Assembly: GCA_964514975.1 (NCBI GenBank)
Contig: CAZESS010000009.1
Span: 944-64,943 of the forward strand
DNA: 64,000 nt
Source: an uncultured Thermoplasmatales archaeon
Lineage (GTDB): Archaea; Thermoplasmatota; E2; UBA202; DSCA01
Direction: 5' to 3'
The translations under genes and the position numbers were made by a program. Below are positions 28,597 to 38,375 of the stretch, in pieces. Each line of letters begins with the position of its first letter. Position 1 is the first letter of the stretch. Under the pieces are notes generated by a model. The model had not been told where the DNA came from, searched no databases, and worked only from the letters and a program-made list of their open reading frames with translations.

Positions 28597-30060
28597 TTAT
28601 CCGCTGGCGGGCCAGTCGCCGGATGCCAGCCATTCGTTTATCGACGCTGCTGCGGTGCGTCCGTCGCCCATCGCCAGGATGACGGTTGCGCCGCCCCGTA
28701 CGATGTCGCCGCCGGCGAACACCCCTGGCCTGGTTGTCCGGAGCTTGTCGTCCACCTGGATGTAGCCCCGGCTGGTTGTTTCCAGCCCCGGCGTGGTCTC
28801 CGTAAGCAATGGATTGGCTCCGGTGCCGATGGCAACGACGACGACGTCCACGTCGAGCGTGAACTCGCTGTCCTCGATGGGTATGGGACGTGGCCGTCCG
28901 CTCTTGTCGGGTTCCCCGAGCTCCATCTGGATGCATTCCACCTGGCTGACCCATCCGTCCTCGTCGCCGATGTATCGGACGGGGTTGTTCAACAGCCGGA
29001 AGTCGACGCCTTCCTCCTCCGCATGCTTGATTTCCTCGTCACGGGCGGGCATCTGATCCCGGCTCCGCCGGTATATCAGGTAGGCGTTTGAGGCGCCGAG
29101 GCGCAGGGCGCTCCGCACGGCGTCCATGGCCACGTTGCCGCCGCCGACCACGGCGACATTGCGCCCACGGACGATGGGCGTATCCGTTTCGGGGAACCGG
29201 TAGGCCTGCATCAGGTTGTTCCGGGTGAGATATTCGTTGGCGCTGTACACCCCGTTGAGGTTTTCACCGTCGATGCGCATGAACCACGGCAGCCCGGCGC
29301 CGATGCCCAGGTAGACCGCATCGTAGCCTTTTTCCTTGAGGAGCTCGTCGACGGTGTAGATGCGGCCGATGGCATGGTTGGTGTGGATGGAAACACCCAT
29401 GTCCTTGAGCCGGTTGATCTCGTAGGAAATGATCTCGTTGGGCAGCCGGAACTCGGGGATGCCGTACACCAGGACGCCGCCCGGCTTGTGGAGCGCCTCA
29501 TATACATGGACCTCGTGTCCTGCCCGTGCCGCATCTGCCGCGGCGCTCAATCCGCCCGGTCCGGAGCCCACGATGGCCACCTTGTACCCGGACGGTTCTG
29601 CAATGGTAAAGCAGCAGGTCCGCTCGCTGTGCCGCTCCCAGTCGGCGACGAACCGCTCCAGGTAGCCGATGCCGACCGCTCCCTGGCCGGCCTTCGCCTG
29701 CGTGCATGGTCCCTCGCATTGTATCCCCTGCGGGCAGACCCGGCCGGTGACCGCCGGCAGCGCGTTGTCCTCCATCACGACCTGGATGGCCTGCATGAAG
29801 TCGCCCTCGGCCACCGCCTCCAGGAACTCGGGCACCTTGACGTGGACGGGGCAGCCGCCGACGCAGGGCGCGGTCGGGCAGCCCAGACATCGCTTTGCTT
29901 CGGCCTTTGCCATCTCGGCCGTGTAGCCCAGGTTGACCTCGTCGAAGTTGAGCACCCTCGCCATCGGTGGCTGCTCGCGCATCTCATGGCGCTGGGTCTG
30001 CATCCGCCGTTTTCGTTCATCCGCCGGGAGCTTTTCACCCTGGTAGCGGTAGTCAGTCAT
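28597..30060 (-). CDS. Glutamate synthase small-subunit-like NAD(P)H oxidoreductase (NfnB/SudA-like), copy 2
   Basis: It is a paralog of 25926..27365 (CLGCPTAPCVGGCPVHV...VAIVGSGPGGLSAAADAARAG). The start was chosen at MTDYRYQ, 2 nt after the upstream stop. Confidence 0.7.
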   Translation of the reverse strand: MTDYRYQGEKLPADERKRRMQTQRHEMREQPPMARVLNFDEVNLGYTAEMAKAEAKRCLGCPTAPCVGGCPVHVKVPEFLEAVAEGDFMQAIQVVMEDNALPAVTGRVCPQGIQCEGPCTQAKAGQGAVGIGYLERFVADWERHSERTCCFTIAEPSGYKVAIVGSGPGGLSAAADAARAGHEVHVYEALHKPGGVLVYGIPEFRLPNEIISYEINRLKDMGVSIHTNHAIGRIYTVDELLKEKGYDAVYLGIGAGLPWFMRIDGENLNGVYSANEYLTRNNLMQAYRFPETDTPIVRGRNVAVVGGGNVAMDAVRSALRLGASNAYLIYRRSRDQMPARDEEIKHAEEEGVDFRLLNNPVRYIGDEDGWVSQVECIQMELGEPDKSGRPRPIPIEDSEFTLDVDVVVVAIGTGANPLLTETTPGLETTSRGYIQVDDKLRTTRPGVFAGGDIVRGGATVILAMGDGRTAAASINEWLASGDWPASG

Positions 30061-30898
30061 CGTGCTCACCCCGCAGGCGGCAGGTGTGCCGATATGCTTC
30101 GCGTTCGTATGGCGCATACTGCGACTTCCGGTGGAAGAGCTCCTCCCAGTCGACCTGGCTGCCGGGGAACTCGGGGCCGTCGACGCAGGCGAACCTGGTT
30201 TCGCCGCCGACCGTCACGCGGCAGACGCCGCACATGCCCGTCGCGTCGACCATCAACGGATTGAGATACACATATGATGGGATGTCATGCTCCCGGGCGG
30301 CGCGCGACGACACCATCATCATAAAGGTGCAGCCCATGAAATAGCACCGGTCGATGGTCTCGCCCTGCTCGACGAGCGAGCGAAGCACATCCTTTACCTT
30401 GCCGCGGGAGCCGACGCTGCCGTCGCTGGTCGCCCGGAAAAACATGTCGCTGCTCTCACGCAATTTGCCCTCGTTGTACAGCAAAAAGTCGCTCCTGGCC
30501 TCTACCGCCGTGATAACCTGGTTGCCCGCCTCCTTCATCGCCGCAAGGATGGGATAGATGGCGCCGACGCCGTAGCAGCCGCCGCCGACGAACACCGTCC
30601 CGTATTTTTTGATGGTTGCCGGGGTGCCCAGCGGCGCCATGAAATCGATGGCATCGCCGGGTGTGCGCTGCGCGAGCTTCATCGTCGACACCCCCGCCTC
30701 GAGGAAAAAGATGCTGACTGTTCCCTCGTCGCGATCCCAGCCGGCCAGGCTCATCGGGATGCGCTCCCCCAGCTCGTCGGGTATCACGACGGCGAACTGC
30801 CCGGGCTGCGCCTTCGCCGCCACATCCGGCGCATCGATGACCAGCTCGTGGACGTTTGGTGCCACGTCACGCAGCGCAACTATCTCATGCATCGTCAT
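30053..30898 (-). CDS. Ferredoxin-NADP+ reductase-like subunit (NfnA/SudB-like), copy 2
   Basis: It is a paralog of 27367..28200 (PGQFAVVIPDELGERIPMSL...CGVCRV). The start was chosen at MTMHEIV. Confidence 0.65.
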   Translation of the reverse strand: MTMHEIVALRDVAPNVHELVIDAPDVAAKAQPGQFAVVIPDELGERIPMSLAGWDRDEGTVSIFFLEAGVSTMKLAQRTPGDAIDFMAPLGTPATIKKYGTVFVGGGCYGVGAIYPILAAMKEAGNQVITAVEARSDFLLYNEGKLRESSDMFFRATSDGSVGSRGKVKDVLRSLVEQGETIDRCYFMGCTFMMMVSSRAAREHDIPSYVYLNPLMVDATGMCGVCRVTVGGETRFACVDGPEFPGSQVDWEELFHRKSQYAPYEREAYRHTCRLRGEHDD

Positions 30899-32957
30899 CC
30901 CTCCATCTTTCGACAAGGCGGGCGAAATCGGGCACCTTCGCCCCGATAGCGTGGCCGCGGTAGCGGAGCGAGCCATCCGGCAGCATCCGTCCATCGCCGC
31001 CCGCGTCGTTTTCTCCCGGATGCCCGCCCCCGCCGGCGATGTGCTCCATGGCCTCCTCGGTCACCGTCGCCACATCGTCGTAGGCAAAGCCGTCACATCC
31101 GAGCGCCACGCCGAGCCCGGCGAGGATGTCCCAGTCAGGCCGCGACTGCCCCGCAGGGGTGGTGCACGGCTGCAGTATCTGCCGCTCGCCGGTGCACGTC
31201 AGCATGCTGCCCTGCTCCTCGGTGAACGACGCGGCGGGCAGCACCACGTCCGCCCGCTCGAGCAGATTAGACGTATACACGTCCTGCAGGATAATGGTCT
31301 CAACGTGCTCGGGGATGTCCGGGAGCGGCTGCGTGAGATAGAGCGCCTTCAGGCCGGTCATGTCCCGCACCGGGTTGTGGCCATGGCCTCCAGGCAGAAA
31401 GCCAAGCATGAGCAGCCCCTGGACGTTGCCGCCGTCCCAGCAGGGGAGCACCGCACCATTGCACATCGATGCAACCCCGGCAAGCGACGCTATCGCCGTC
31501 CCATCATCTGCCATGACGCCGGGACCATACAGGATGGCCACACTCCCGTTCTGCAGGTGCTCCGCCATCGTTGCCACATCGTTGTTGCATGCCTCGCCGG
31601 AAAGCGCTGCCTGCAGGTCTGCAATGAAATCCGGCAATGAGGGCGTTGCAAGGTGACAGTCGGCCCAGCGCACCATATCGCCATCGCCGGCATCCACCAT
31701 GAGCACTCTGCCGCCGTTTTTCTTCGCCTGATAGACGGACACGGCGAGCGCCGCCGTCGTTATACGAAGGTCGACGCCCAGGAGCAGCACCACGTCAGCC
31801 GATGCTATATCAATGGAACCGCCAGAGGTAATGGTCTGAAGCGCCCCGGCGCTCGCCATGTCGGAGGCAACGCCGACGTTGTCGCATTCCAGCGCATGTG
31901 CTACCTTCCGCAGCATGTATCCACCCTCGTTGGTCATCCCGGGTGAGGCAACGAAGCCAATCTCATGTGGCTCGTAGCGCCGCAGCAGCTCGGCCGCCGC
32001 CGCGACGACGTCATCCCATGAGGCCGCCTTCAAAACATCGTCACGGACCATTGGCCTGACGAGCCGTTCATGGTGCTGCATCAGCGACGGTAGCGTGAAG
32101 CGTCCCTTGACGCATATCTGCGTCGTCCCGTGCTCCGGCCCCGCCGCATGAACATTCAGTATCCGGTCACGTGTCACGTCGACCTCGATGGAGCAGCCGA
32201 CGGGGCAGAGCATGCAGGTCGTGACCACTATCTGCTCGGGTGAGCCACCCCATTTCATGCGCCGCTCGGAAAGGGCGCCGGTCGGGCAGATGTCGATGCA
32301 TGCGCCACAGAAAATGCAGCCGCTGTCCAGCAGCGGCGCCCGGAAGGCCGTGCCGATGGTTGTCTCGTGGCCGCGGTTGACAAAGTCAACTGCATGTGCC
32401 CCGCGTATCTCGTCACACACCCTGACACAGCGGCCGCACAGGATGCACAGGTTGTAGTCTCGCTCGATGAACGGGTCGTCACGCCGGACCTCTCGCTCCC
32501 GGTATTCGATGGGCAGCCGGATGTCCTCGATGCCCAGGGAGGCGGCGATGTCGTACAGGTCGCATTCGTCCTTTTTCGGGCAGAATCGGCAGCCGGTCGT
32601 CCGGCCGGCCTTGGACGGCGCCCGATGGTAGTCGAAGCACAGCTCGCGGTCATCGCAGATGATGCATCCACTGGGATGTTCCGACAGGATGAGCTCCAGG
32701 ATGCTCCGGCGCAGCCGGTTCAGCTCCTCGATGTCGGAATGGACGACCATTCCGTCCCGGGCAGGCGTCGAGCAGGCCGGCACGTAGCTGCCCATCCCCT
32801 CGACCTTGACCAGGCACATCCGGCAGCCGCCGAACGCCGGCAGGTCGGGATGGTTGCAGAGCGTCGGAATGAAAATATCTGCTCTCTCGGCGGCATCAAG
32901 GATGGTGTCCCCTGCGCCCGCCTCGATGGACCGCCCGTCGATGGTCACGCTCGCCAT
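30885..32957 (-). CDS. NuoG-like / formate-dehydrogenase-alpha-like subunit (N-terminal [2Fe-2S] + [4Fe-4S] domains + molybdopterin-oxidoreductase-like domain; probably non-catalytic)
   Basis: The N-terminus is MASVTIDGRSIEAGAGDTILDAAERADIFIPTLCNH...CRMC. It has CGRC ferredoxin motifs, a MopB Fe4S4 motif (CMLCPVGCSIEV...ICVKGR) and a NuoG/FdhA C-terminal signature (ADVVLPAASFTEEQGS). No Cys/Sec-His was seen where the FdhF active site would be. The start was trimmed to 2 nt after the NuoF-like stop. Confidence 0.6.
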   Translation of the reverse strand: MASVTIDGRSIEAGAGDTILDAAERADIFIPTLCNHPDLPAFGGCRMCLVKVEGMGSYVPACSTPARDGMVVHSDIEELNRLRRSILELILSEHPSGCIICDDRELCFDYHRAPSKAGRTTGCRFCPKKDECDLYDIAASLGIEDIRLPIEYREREVRRDDPFIERDYNLCILCGRCVRVCDEIRGAHAVDFVNRGHETTIGTAFRAPLLDSGCIFCGACIDICPTGALSERRMKWGGSPEQIVVTTCMLCPVGCSIEVDVTRDRILNVHAAGPEHGTTQICVKGRFTLPSLMQHHERLVRPMVRDDVLKAASWDDVVAAAAELLRRYEPHEIGFVASPGMTNEGGYMLRKVAHALECDNVGVASDMASAGALQTITSGGSIDIASADVVLLLGVDLRITTAALAVSVYQAKKNGGRVLMVDAGDGDMVRWADCHLATPSLPDFIADLQAALSGEACNNDVATMAEHLQNGSVAILYGPGVMADDGTAIASLAGVASMCNGAVLPCWDGGNVQGLLMLGFLPGGHGHNPVRDMTGLKALYLTQPLPDIPEHVETIILQDVYTSNLLERADVVLPAASFTEEQGSMLTCTGERQILQPCTTPAGQSRPDWDILAGLGVALGCDGFAYDDVATVTEEAMEHIAGGGGHPGENDAGGDGRMLPDGSLRYRGHAIGAKVPDFARLVERWRDDDA

Positions 32958-32959
32958 GC

Positions 32960-34822
32960 CTATACACCTCCCCCTGGCGGGTTGGTCTGTTTTTTGACGG
33001 CGCCCGTCGGACAAACCTTGAAGCACATGCCGCACTTGATGCATGCCTCGGGGTCTATCACATGAGGCTGCTTTGCCTCGCCGGTGATGGCATCCGCGGA
33101 ACAGTTGCTGGCGCATTTCCCGCAGCCGATACAGGCATCAGCATCTATCTCGTACCATATCAGCTCCTTGCACACCCGGGCGGGGCACCGCCTGTCTCTG
33201 ATGTGGGCGACGTATTCGTCGCGGAAGTAGCGCAGCGTCGTCAGCACGGGATTTGGCGCCGTCTGCCCGAGGCCGCACAGCGAGCCGTTTTTGACCGTGA
33301 TAGCGAGCTCCTCCAACAGGTTGATGTCGCTCATCTCGCCCAGCCCGGCCTTGATCTTGGCGAGCAGGTCCATCATTTTTTTGGTGCCGATGCGGCATGT
33401 CGGACATTTGCCGCATGACTCATACTGTGTGAAGCTCAGAAAAAAATGCGCGACGTCCACCATGCAGGTGTCGTCATCCATGACCACCATGCCGCCGGAG
33501 CCCATGATGGAGCCCACGCGCGCCAGCGTTTCATAGTCGATGGGCAGGTCGACATAGTTCGCCGGCACGTAGACGTCCTGCACCAATGATTCGTAGTCAA
33601 AGGTCAGGTCGGCCAGATGTGCGGGGATGCAGCCGCCCGACGGCCCGCCGGTCTGCACCGCCTTGAGTTCTTTGCCGTAAGGCACGCCGCCGCCGATGTC
33701 GTAGATGATGCTGCGGAGGGGCGTCCCCATCGGCACCTCGACCAGACCGCTGTTCGCCGTTTTTCCCGTCAGCGCAAACACGGCGGTGCCCGTCGACCGC
33801 TCCGACCCGATGGATGCATACCACTCTGCACCGTTGACGAGGATTGCGGGCACCGTCGCCAGCGTCTTCACGTTGTTGATGGTCGTCGGCTTCCCGTGGA
33901 CGCCATGCTGCGCGGGATACGGCGGGCGGGGACGGGGCATGCCACGCCTGCCTTCGATGGAGGCCATCAGCGCCGTCTCTTCGCCGCAGACGAACGCGCC
34001 GGCGCCCTTCTTGATTTCGATGTCGAAGGTAACATCCGAGCTGAGGATACCGTCGCCCAGGTAGCCGCGCTCCCGGGCCTGGTTTCGGGCGATAGTGAAC
34101 CGGCGGATAGCCAGCGGGTATTCCTCCCGGACGTAGATGTAGCCGTGCCGGGCGCCGATGGCGTAGGCCGCGATGGCCAGTCCCTCGATGACGCTGTGCG
34201 GGTCCGCCTCAAGGATACTCCTGTCCATGAAGGCGCCCGGGTCGCCCTCGTCGGCGTTGCATATCATGTACTTTGGCTCTCCATCGGCGTCGCGGCAGAA
34301 CCGCCATTTTCGGCCTGTGGGAAAGCCAGCGCCGCCCCGCCCGCGCAGCCCGGATGCCTCTATTTCCTCGATGACCTCGTCGGGCGTCATGTCCAGCGCT
34401 TTTTCGAGCCCCCGGTAGCCGTCCGCCTCGAGGTAGTCGTTGATGTCCTCGGGATCTATCTGCCCGCAGTTCCGGAGGATGATGCGGTGCTGGTTGCCGT
34501 AGAAGGGAATGTCGTGGTAATGGGGGATGGGCTCGCTGTCCTCGGTTTCGCGGTAAAACAGCCGCTCGACGGGTTCGCCCTGCGCCAAATGCATGGTGAC
34601 GATGTCCTCAACGTCATCGACGGTGACCTCGCAGTACAGGATGTCCTCGGGCTCGACGACGACGATGGGGCCGCGCTGGCAGAAGCCGTGGCAGCCGGTT
34701 TTTTTGACCGTGACGGCCAGGCCGCGCTCGTCGATGGCTTTTTTGAAGCCCTCGTATATTTGTGGGGCATGTGACGAGCTGCAGCCGGTGCCCGTGCAGA
34801 TCAGGACGGTATGATCAGCCAT
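32960..34822 (-). CDS. NuoF-like NAD(P)H-binding flavoprotein subunit, HydB/HndC type (N-terminal thioredoxin-like [2Fe-2S] + FMN/NADH + [4Fe-4S] + C-terminal 2x[4Fe-4S] ferredoxin)
   Basis: It has the GLRGRGGAGFPTGRKW FMN/NADH site, the CGKCPTCR 4Fe-4S motif, N-terminal CTGTGC...CHGFC, and C-terminal CIGCGKCASNC / CIKCGMCFKVCP. Confidence 0.8.
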   Translation of the reverse strand: MADHTVLICTGTGCSSSHAPQIYEGFKKAIDERGLAVTVKKTGCHGFCQRGPIVVVEPEDILYCEVTVDDVEDIVTMHLAQGEPVERLFYRETEDSEPIPHYHDIPFYGNQHRIILRNCGQIDPEDINDYLEADGYRGLEKALDMTPDEVIEEIEASGLRGRGGAGFPTGRKWRFCRDADGEPKYMICNADEGDPGAFMDRSILEADPHSVIEGLAIAAYAIGARHGYIYVREEYPLAIRRFTIARNQARERGYLGDGILSSDVTFDIEIKKGAGAFVCGEETALMASIEGRRGMPRPRPPYPAQHGVHGKPTTINNVKTLATVPAILVNGAEWYASIGSERSTGTAVFALTGKTANSGLVEVPMGTPLRSIIYDIGGGVPYGKELKAVQTGGPSGGCIPAHLADLTFDYESLVQDVYVPANYVDLPIDYETLARVGSIMGSGGMVVMDDDTCMVDVAHFFLSFTQYESCGKCPTCRIGTKKMMDLLAKIKAGLGEMSDINLLEELAITVKNGSLCGLGQTAPNPVLTTLRYFRDEYVAHIRDRRCPARVCKELIWYEIDADACIGCGKCASNCSADAITGEAKQPHVIDPEACIKCGMCFKVCPTGAVKKQTNPPGGGV

Positions 34823-35285
34823 GGTTTTCCTCCAGGCCGCGAAGCAAATCGAGCAGCTTCGAGGGTGTCATCCTGCCATGGACTTCGCCGTCGATGGTGA
34901 CCACCGGGGAGAGCGCGCAGCAGCCGAGGCAGGCGACCCGGTCCAGTGAAAACCGGCCGTCGCGGGAGGTCTCCCCCGGCGTGATGCCGAGCTCGTTTTT
35001 GACGACGTCGAGCAGCTCTTCGGATGCCTTGACGTGGCAGGCGGTGCCCATGCAGACGGCGATGTGATGCTCGCCGGGCGGATGAAACTTGAACCCCGTG
35101 TAAAAGGTGGCGACGCCGTAGACCTCGTTGGGCGACATGTCGAGATGCCGGGCGATGTCCTTGATGTCATCCTCCGCCAGATATCTTTTTTCCTGCTGGA
35201 GTCGCTGGAGGATGGCGATGACGTGCTCCCGTTTTTTTTCAAAATCTGACAGCACGGACCGGGTGACGCTGCCGCCGTCGGTCAT
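34815..35285 (-). CDS. NuoE-like thioredoxin-fold [2Fe-2S] subunit (HydC/HndA type)
   Basis: It has the NuoE Cys pattern (CMGTACHV...CLGCCALSP). Confidence 0.75.
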   Translation of the reverse strand: MTDGGSVTRSVLSDFEKKREHVIAILQRLQQEKRYLAEDDIKDIARHLDMSPNEVYGVATFYTGFKFHPPGEHHIAVCMGTACHVKASEELLDVVKNELGITPGETSRDGRFSLDRVACLGCCALSPVVTIDGEVHGRMTPSKLLDLLRGLEENHG

Positions 35286-35417
35286 CGAGAACCCTCACCT
35301 GTCGTACCAATAAACGTAGCAGTAAGTGTGGTATGCCCTCTCATGCCATATGTGTAAGCAGAAAGCTTACTTAATGTTTGTGAAATGCCCCCTGCGGAGA
35401 GAGCGCAACAAAAAACC

Positions 35418-35426
35418 TTTATAAAA
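35418..35426 (+). promoter_or_regulatory. TATA box (tttataaaa) upstream of the surface-protein gene 35450
   Basis: It lies about 25-30 nt upstream of the ATG in a 165-nt AT-rich divergent intergenic region. Confidence 0.4.
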
Positions 35427-35449
35427 GGAGGGCCATTTACTTTCCCTAT

Positions 35450-37456
35450 ATGAAACACAGATGGCTCAGCCCTCTCTCCGTTTTCATCGTTGCCGCCGTC
35501 CTACTGCTGCCCAGTTTTATGGCGGTCGAGGGCAGCCAGACGTTTTTCCTCCACGACGAAACGGCGCCCCAAGGCGACGGGCTGCTGATGGACATCCAGC
35601 AGCCAACCAAGATGACGGATTCACAGCGCGACCTCAACGCCGCCTCGGTCAGCTGGTACACCGCCCCGGTTTCATCGAGCACCCAGCTCTTCGGCGACGT
35701 GCAGATCACCACCTTCATCGAGGCATATTTCCTCCGTGCAGACCTGCTGCCGTTGCAGTTCCGCGTCGTCCGGGTGTTCCTGCTGGACGTTGGCCCGTCG
35801 GGCGTCGAAAACGAAATCGATTCAACATCCGCGACCCCCATGTTTTTTGCGTCCAACGACACGGTGAAGCGGAAGACCTTCACCATCAACAACGTCGACT
35901 ACACCATTCCCGTCAACCATTCACTCGGCATCCGCATCGAAAAAAGCCTCGACCTGCTGTCGTTTTTCCCCCTGAGCCTCCTCGACAGGTTTTTCTCCAC
36001 CAACGTCCTGTTCGACTCGACCACCCACAAGTCCTCGGTCACCGTGCCCTTCAACGTCACCGAAACCGGCCTCACGATGCAGGCGTACCCCCAGGAGCAG
36101 ACTGCCAAGCCCGGTCAGAACGCCACTTCCTCCCTCGAAATAGAAAACCAGGGTGACGCGGCGGAAACCGTCAGCATGAGCTACACCGTCACCGCTGGCG
36201 ACCAGACCGGATGGAACGTCGCCATCGAACCCCAGACCGTCGACGTTCCCGCGAAATACTACGCCTACCCCGAGGTCACGGTCACCCCGCCATCCGACGC
36301 CACGCCGGGCACCTATCTCAACCTGTCAATCACGGCCCAGGGCACAACGGCCACCGCGTCCACCTGGGTGAACACCACCGTCGCGGAGCAGGCCTACGGC
36401 GTGTCGGTGCGGGCACCCGGCGGCGCCCGGGGACGACCCGGCACAAACGTCACCTACACGTTCACCATCCAAAACACCGGCGACATCACCGACACCTATC
36501 TTCTGTCAACAACATCGCCGGGCTGGGAGGCAACGCTCACACAGCCGACCATCACGCTGCCGTCGGGCGGCAGCGGCACCGTCGACGTCACCGTCACCAT
36601 CCCCATGGACGCAGCCAACAACAGCCAGCAGACGCTCACCCTGACCGCCACCTCGCAGAACGACTCCACCAAACAGGACAGCGCATCGGTCACCACGACC
36701 GCCGTCATGCAGGGCGGCGACCAGGACAAATCATTCTGGGATGACATGGGTAACACCATCCTGTTCCTGCTTTTCATCGGCGGCGTCGTCGTCCTCCTCG
36801 TCATCGCGATGCTCCTCACCGTCTACGCCCGGCAGGACGTCGAGCTCCGATGCGACGAACAGATGCAGGAGGTCGCCCCCGGTTTCACCGCAACCTACGA
36901 GATAACCGTCGCCAACCCGCTGGAGAAAACAGCCGGTGGTAAACACAGCCTCACCTACACGGCAGCCGTCAGCGGGGACATCCCCGACGACTGGAACGTC
37001 ACCCTCGACAGGGAATCCTTCGCGCTCGACGGCGGCGAGGAAACCACCCTGGCATTGAACGTCCAGACCGCCGCCGACGCATCGCTCGACGAATGGGCCT
37101 CCATCGACCTCACCGTCCGGCCGAAACGACGGCGGAGCAAAAGTGCAACCATGAACCTTGCCACCCTCCTCCGCAGACCCCGTATCACGCTGTCGGTCGA
37201 GGACGTCCGGCACGAGCCCGCCACGTTCAGCGAGGGCGAAAAGGTCACCTCCATCGTCACCGTGGCGAACACCGGCGAAACAGATGCAGACAGCGTCACC
37301 GTCATCCTCAAGGTCAACGGCAAAGAGAAAAACAGGATTGAGGGCATCGAGATACCCCGCGACCGGGAGGTCGAGGTCCGCATACCCTGGGTCGCCGCGT
37401 TCGGAGAAAACAAAATAGACGTCACGGTGCGCTCGTCACGAGACAGCCAGCGCTAA
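35450..37456 (+). CDS. Cell-surface protein with CARDB/DUF11-like repeats and a hydrophobic anchor segment
   Basis: It has a signal peptide (MKHRWLSPLSVFIVAAVLLLPSFMAVEG), CARDB-like blocks (NVTYTFTIQNTGDITDTYLLS; HSLTYTAAVSGDIPDDWNV), an internal TM (ILFLLFIGGVVVLLVIAMLLTVYA) and many N-x-S/T sequons. Confidence 0.5.
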   Translation: MKHRWLSPLSVFIVAAVLLLPSFMAVEGSQTFFLHDETAPQGDGLLMDIQQPTKMTDSQRDLNAASVSWYTAPVSSSTQLFGDVQITTFIEAYFLRADLLPLQFRVVRVFLLDVGPSGVENEIDSTSATPMFFASNDTVKRKTFTINNVDYTIPVNHSLGIRIEKSLDLLSFFPLSLLDRFFSTNVLFDSTTHKSSVTVPFNVTETGLTMQAYPQEQTAKPGQNATSSLEIENQGDAAETVSMSYTVTAGDQTGWNVAIEPQTVDVPAKYYAYPEVTVTPPSDATPGTYLNLSITAQGTTATASTWVNTTVAEQAYGVSVRAPGGARGRPGTNVTYTFTIQNTGDITDTYLLSTTSPGWEATLTQPTITLPSGGSGTVDVTVTIPMDAANNSQQTLTLTATSQNDSTKQDSASVTTTAVMQGGDQDKSFWDDMGNTILFLLFIGGVVVLLVIAMLLTVYARQDVELRCDEQMQEVAPGFTATYEITVANPLEKTAGGKHSLTYTAAVSGDIPDDWNVTLDRESFALDGGEETTLALNVQTAADASLDEWASIDLTVRPKRRRSKSATMNLATLLRRPRITLSVEDVRHEPATFSEGEKVTSIVTVANTGETDADSVTVILKVNGKEKNRIEGIEIPRDREVEVRIPWVAAFGENKIDVTVRSSRDSQR

Positions 37457-37462
37457 CCGTTT

Positions 37463-37606
37463 TCACTCAAGCGTGTATTCAACCACGACGTTGCCGTTAT
37501 CGTCGACCAGCCGGCGCCGGTATCCCTTCCGGTACATGGCGAGCCGGGTGCCAAACGTGCCGATATGACGCCATTCATCTTGGTCACAGGTGCTGCTCTC
37601 TACCAT
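37463..37606 (-). CDS. Candidate unannotated small ORF (47 aa: MVESSTCDQDEWRHIGTFGTRLAMYRKGYRRRLVDDNGNVVVEYTLE)
   Basis: It is an intact ATG..TGA frame with GC-rich third positions like its neighbours. A TATA-like element (plus 37637-37648, ccatatataattat) lies about 35 nt upstream on the coding strand. It is absent from the ORF track only because of the length cutoff. Confidence 0.3.
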   Translation of the reverse strand: MVESSTCDQDEWRHIGTFGTRLAMYRKGYRRRLVDDNGNVVVEYTLE

Positions 37607-37665
37607 GTCAAACCCCGCTCACCGAAATAACAGTCCATATATAATTATTTCAGTGGAAGCACAGG

Positions 37666-38223
37666 TTACAGCTTTTTGAGCCCCTGCCACCATGCATGCG
37701 GCTCGGTGTCCAGCAACGCCTCGAACATGCGATGCCCCGATGTGGTGCAAAGCCGTGGTTCGATGGCGTCCAGCCATTCCTTGGCATCGGTATAGCCAGC
37801 GGCGACATATTCACGGGCGGTAGCGGCCATCTCCAGCAGGTCGGCGTCACGGGCAATAACGCCGGCATCGTCGCCGCCCGTTTCATAGCGGCGCCGGAGC
37901 GCCAGGATGCACTCCCCGCTCTTGTCGAGCCCGCTGCACTGGTCCTCGACCGCTGCTGCCTCGTCCGCGTCAATGTACCGGTTGGCGACCTTGTGCACGT
38001 CGCCGATGCGGCATTCACCCATGTCATGGAAAATTAGCATCGCCGCGACCTCCTCCGGCTGCTCATAGCTCTCCATGCAGGCGAGCAGGTAGCCTATCTG
38101 GGCCGCCCGCAATGAATGCGCGGCGACGCTCTCGGGGGTATCGATGCCGGCGAGCCGCCATCCCTCCCGCCGGACACGGCGGAGCATGCCCAGCTCGTAG
38201 ATGAAATGGCTGACGTTCTCCAT
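37666..38223 (-). CDS. HD-domain metal-dependent phosphohydrolase (YfbR/5'-deoxynucleotidase-like)
   Basis: It has H...HD...D motifs (AAHSLRAAQIGY...FHDMGECRIGD). Confidence 0.65.
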   Translation of the reverse strand: MENVSHFIYELGMLRRVRREGWRLAGIDTPESVAAHSLRAAQIGYLLACMESYEQPEEVAAMLIFHDMGECRIGDVHKVANRYIDADEAAAVEDQCSGLDKSGECILALRRRYETGGDDAGVIARDADLLEMAATAREYVAAGYTDAKEWLDAIEPRLCTTSGHRMFEALLDTEPHAWWQGLKKL

Positions 38224-38375
38224 GTTCCCTGATGTTCAGCCAGATAATAACGTTTCCGTCGAATCATCATCGATGCGGAGATGACCGCGCACCGCATGCC
38301 TATACAGGCAAATCTCCCCAGGCTATCTCCGGACAGAGGTCGTAGATGCGCCACACCTGGCCGCCGGGCATGCGG

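Noticed and set aside
30885-33116. Calling the NuoG-like gene a catalytic formate dehydrogenase (fdhA) with possible selenocysteine
   Set aside because: No Cys/Sec-His active-site pair is visible at the expected position and the Mo-domain is short. It was kept as a NuoG/FdhA-like electron-transfer subunit. The 5' 53 codons of the six-frame ORF overlap nuoF-like and were trimmed.
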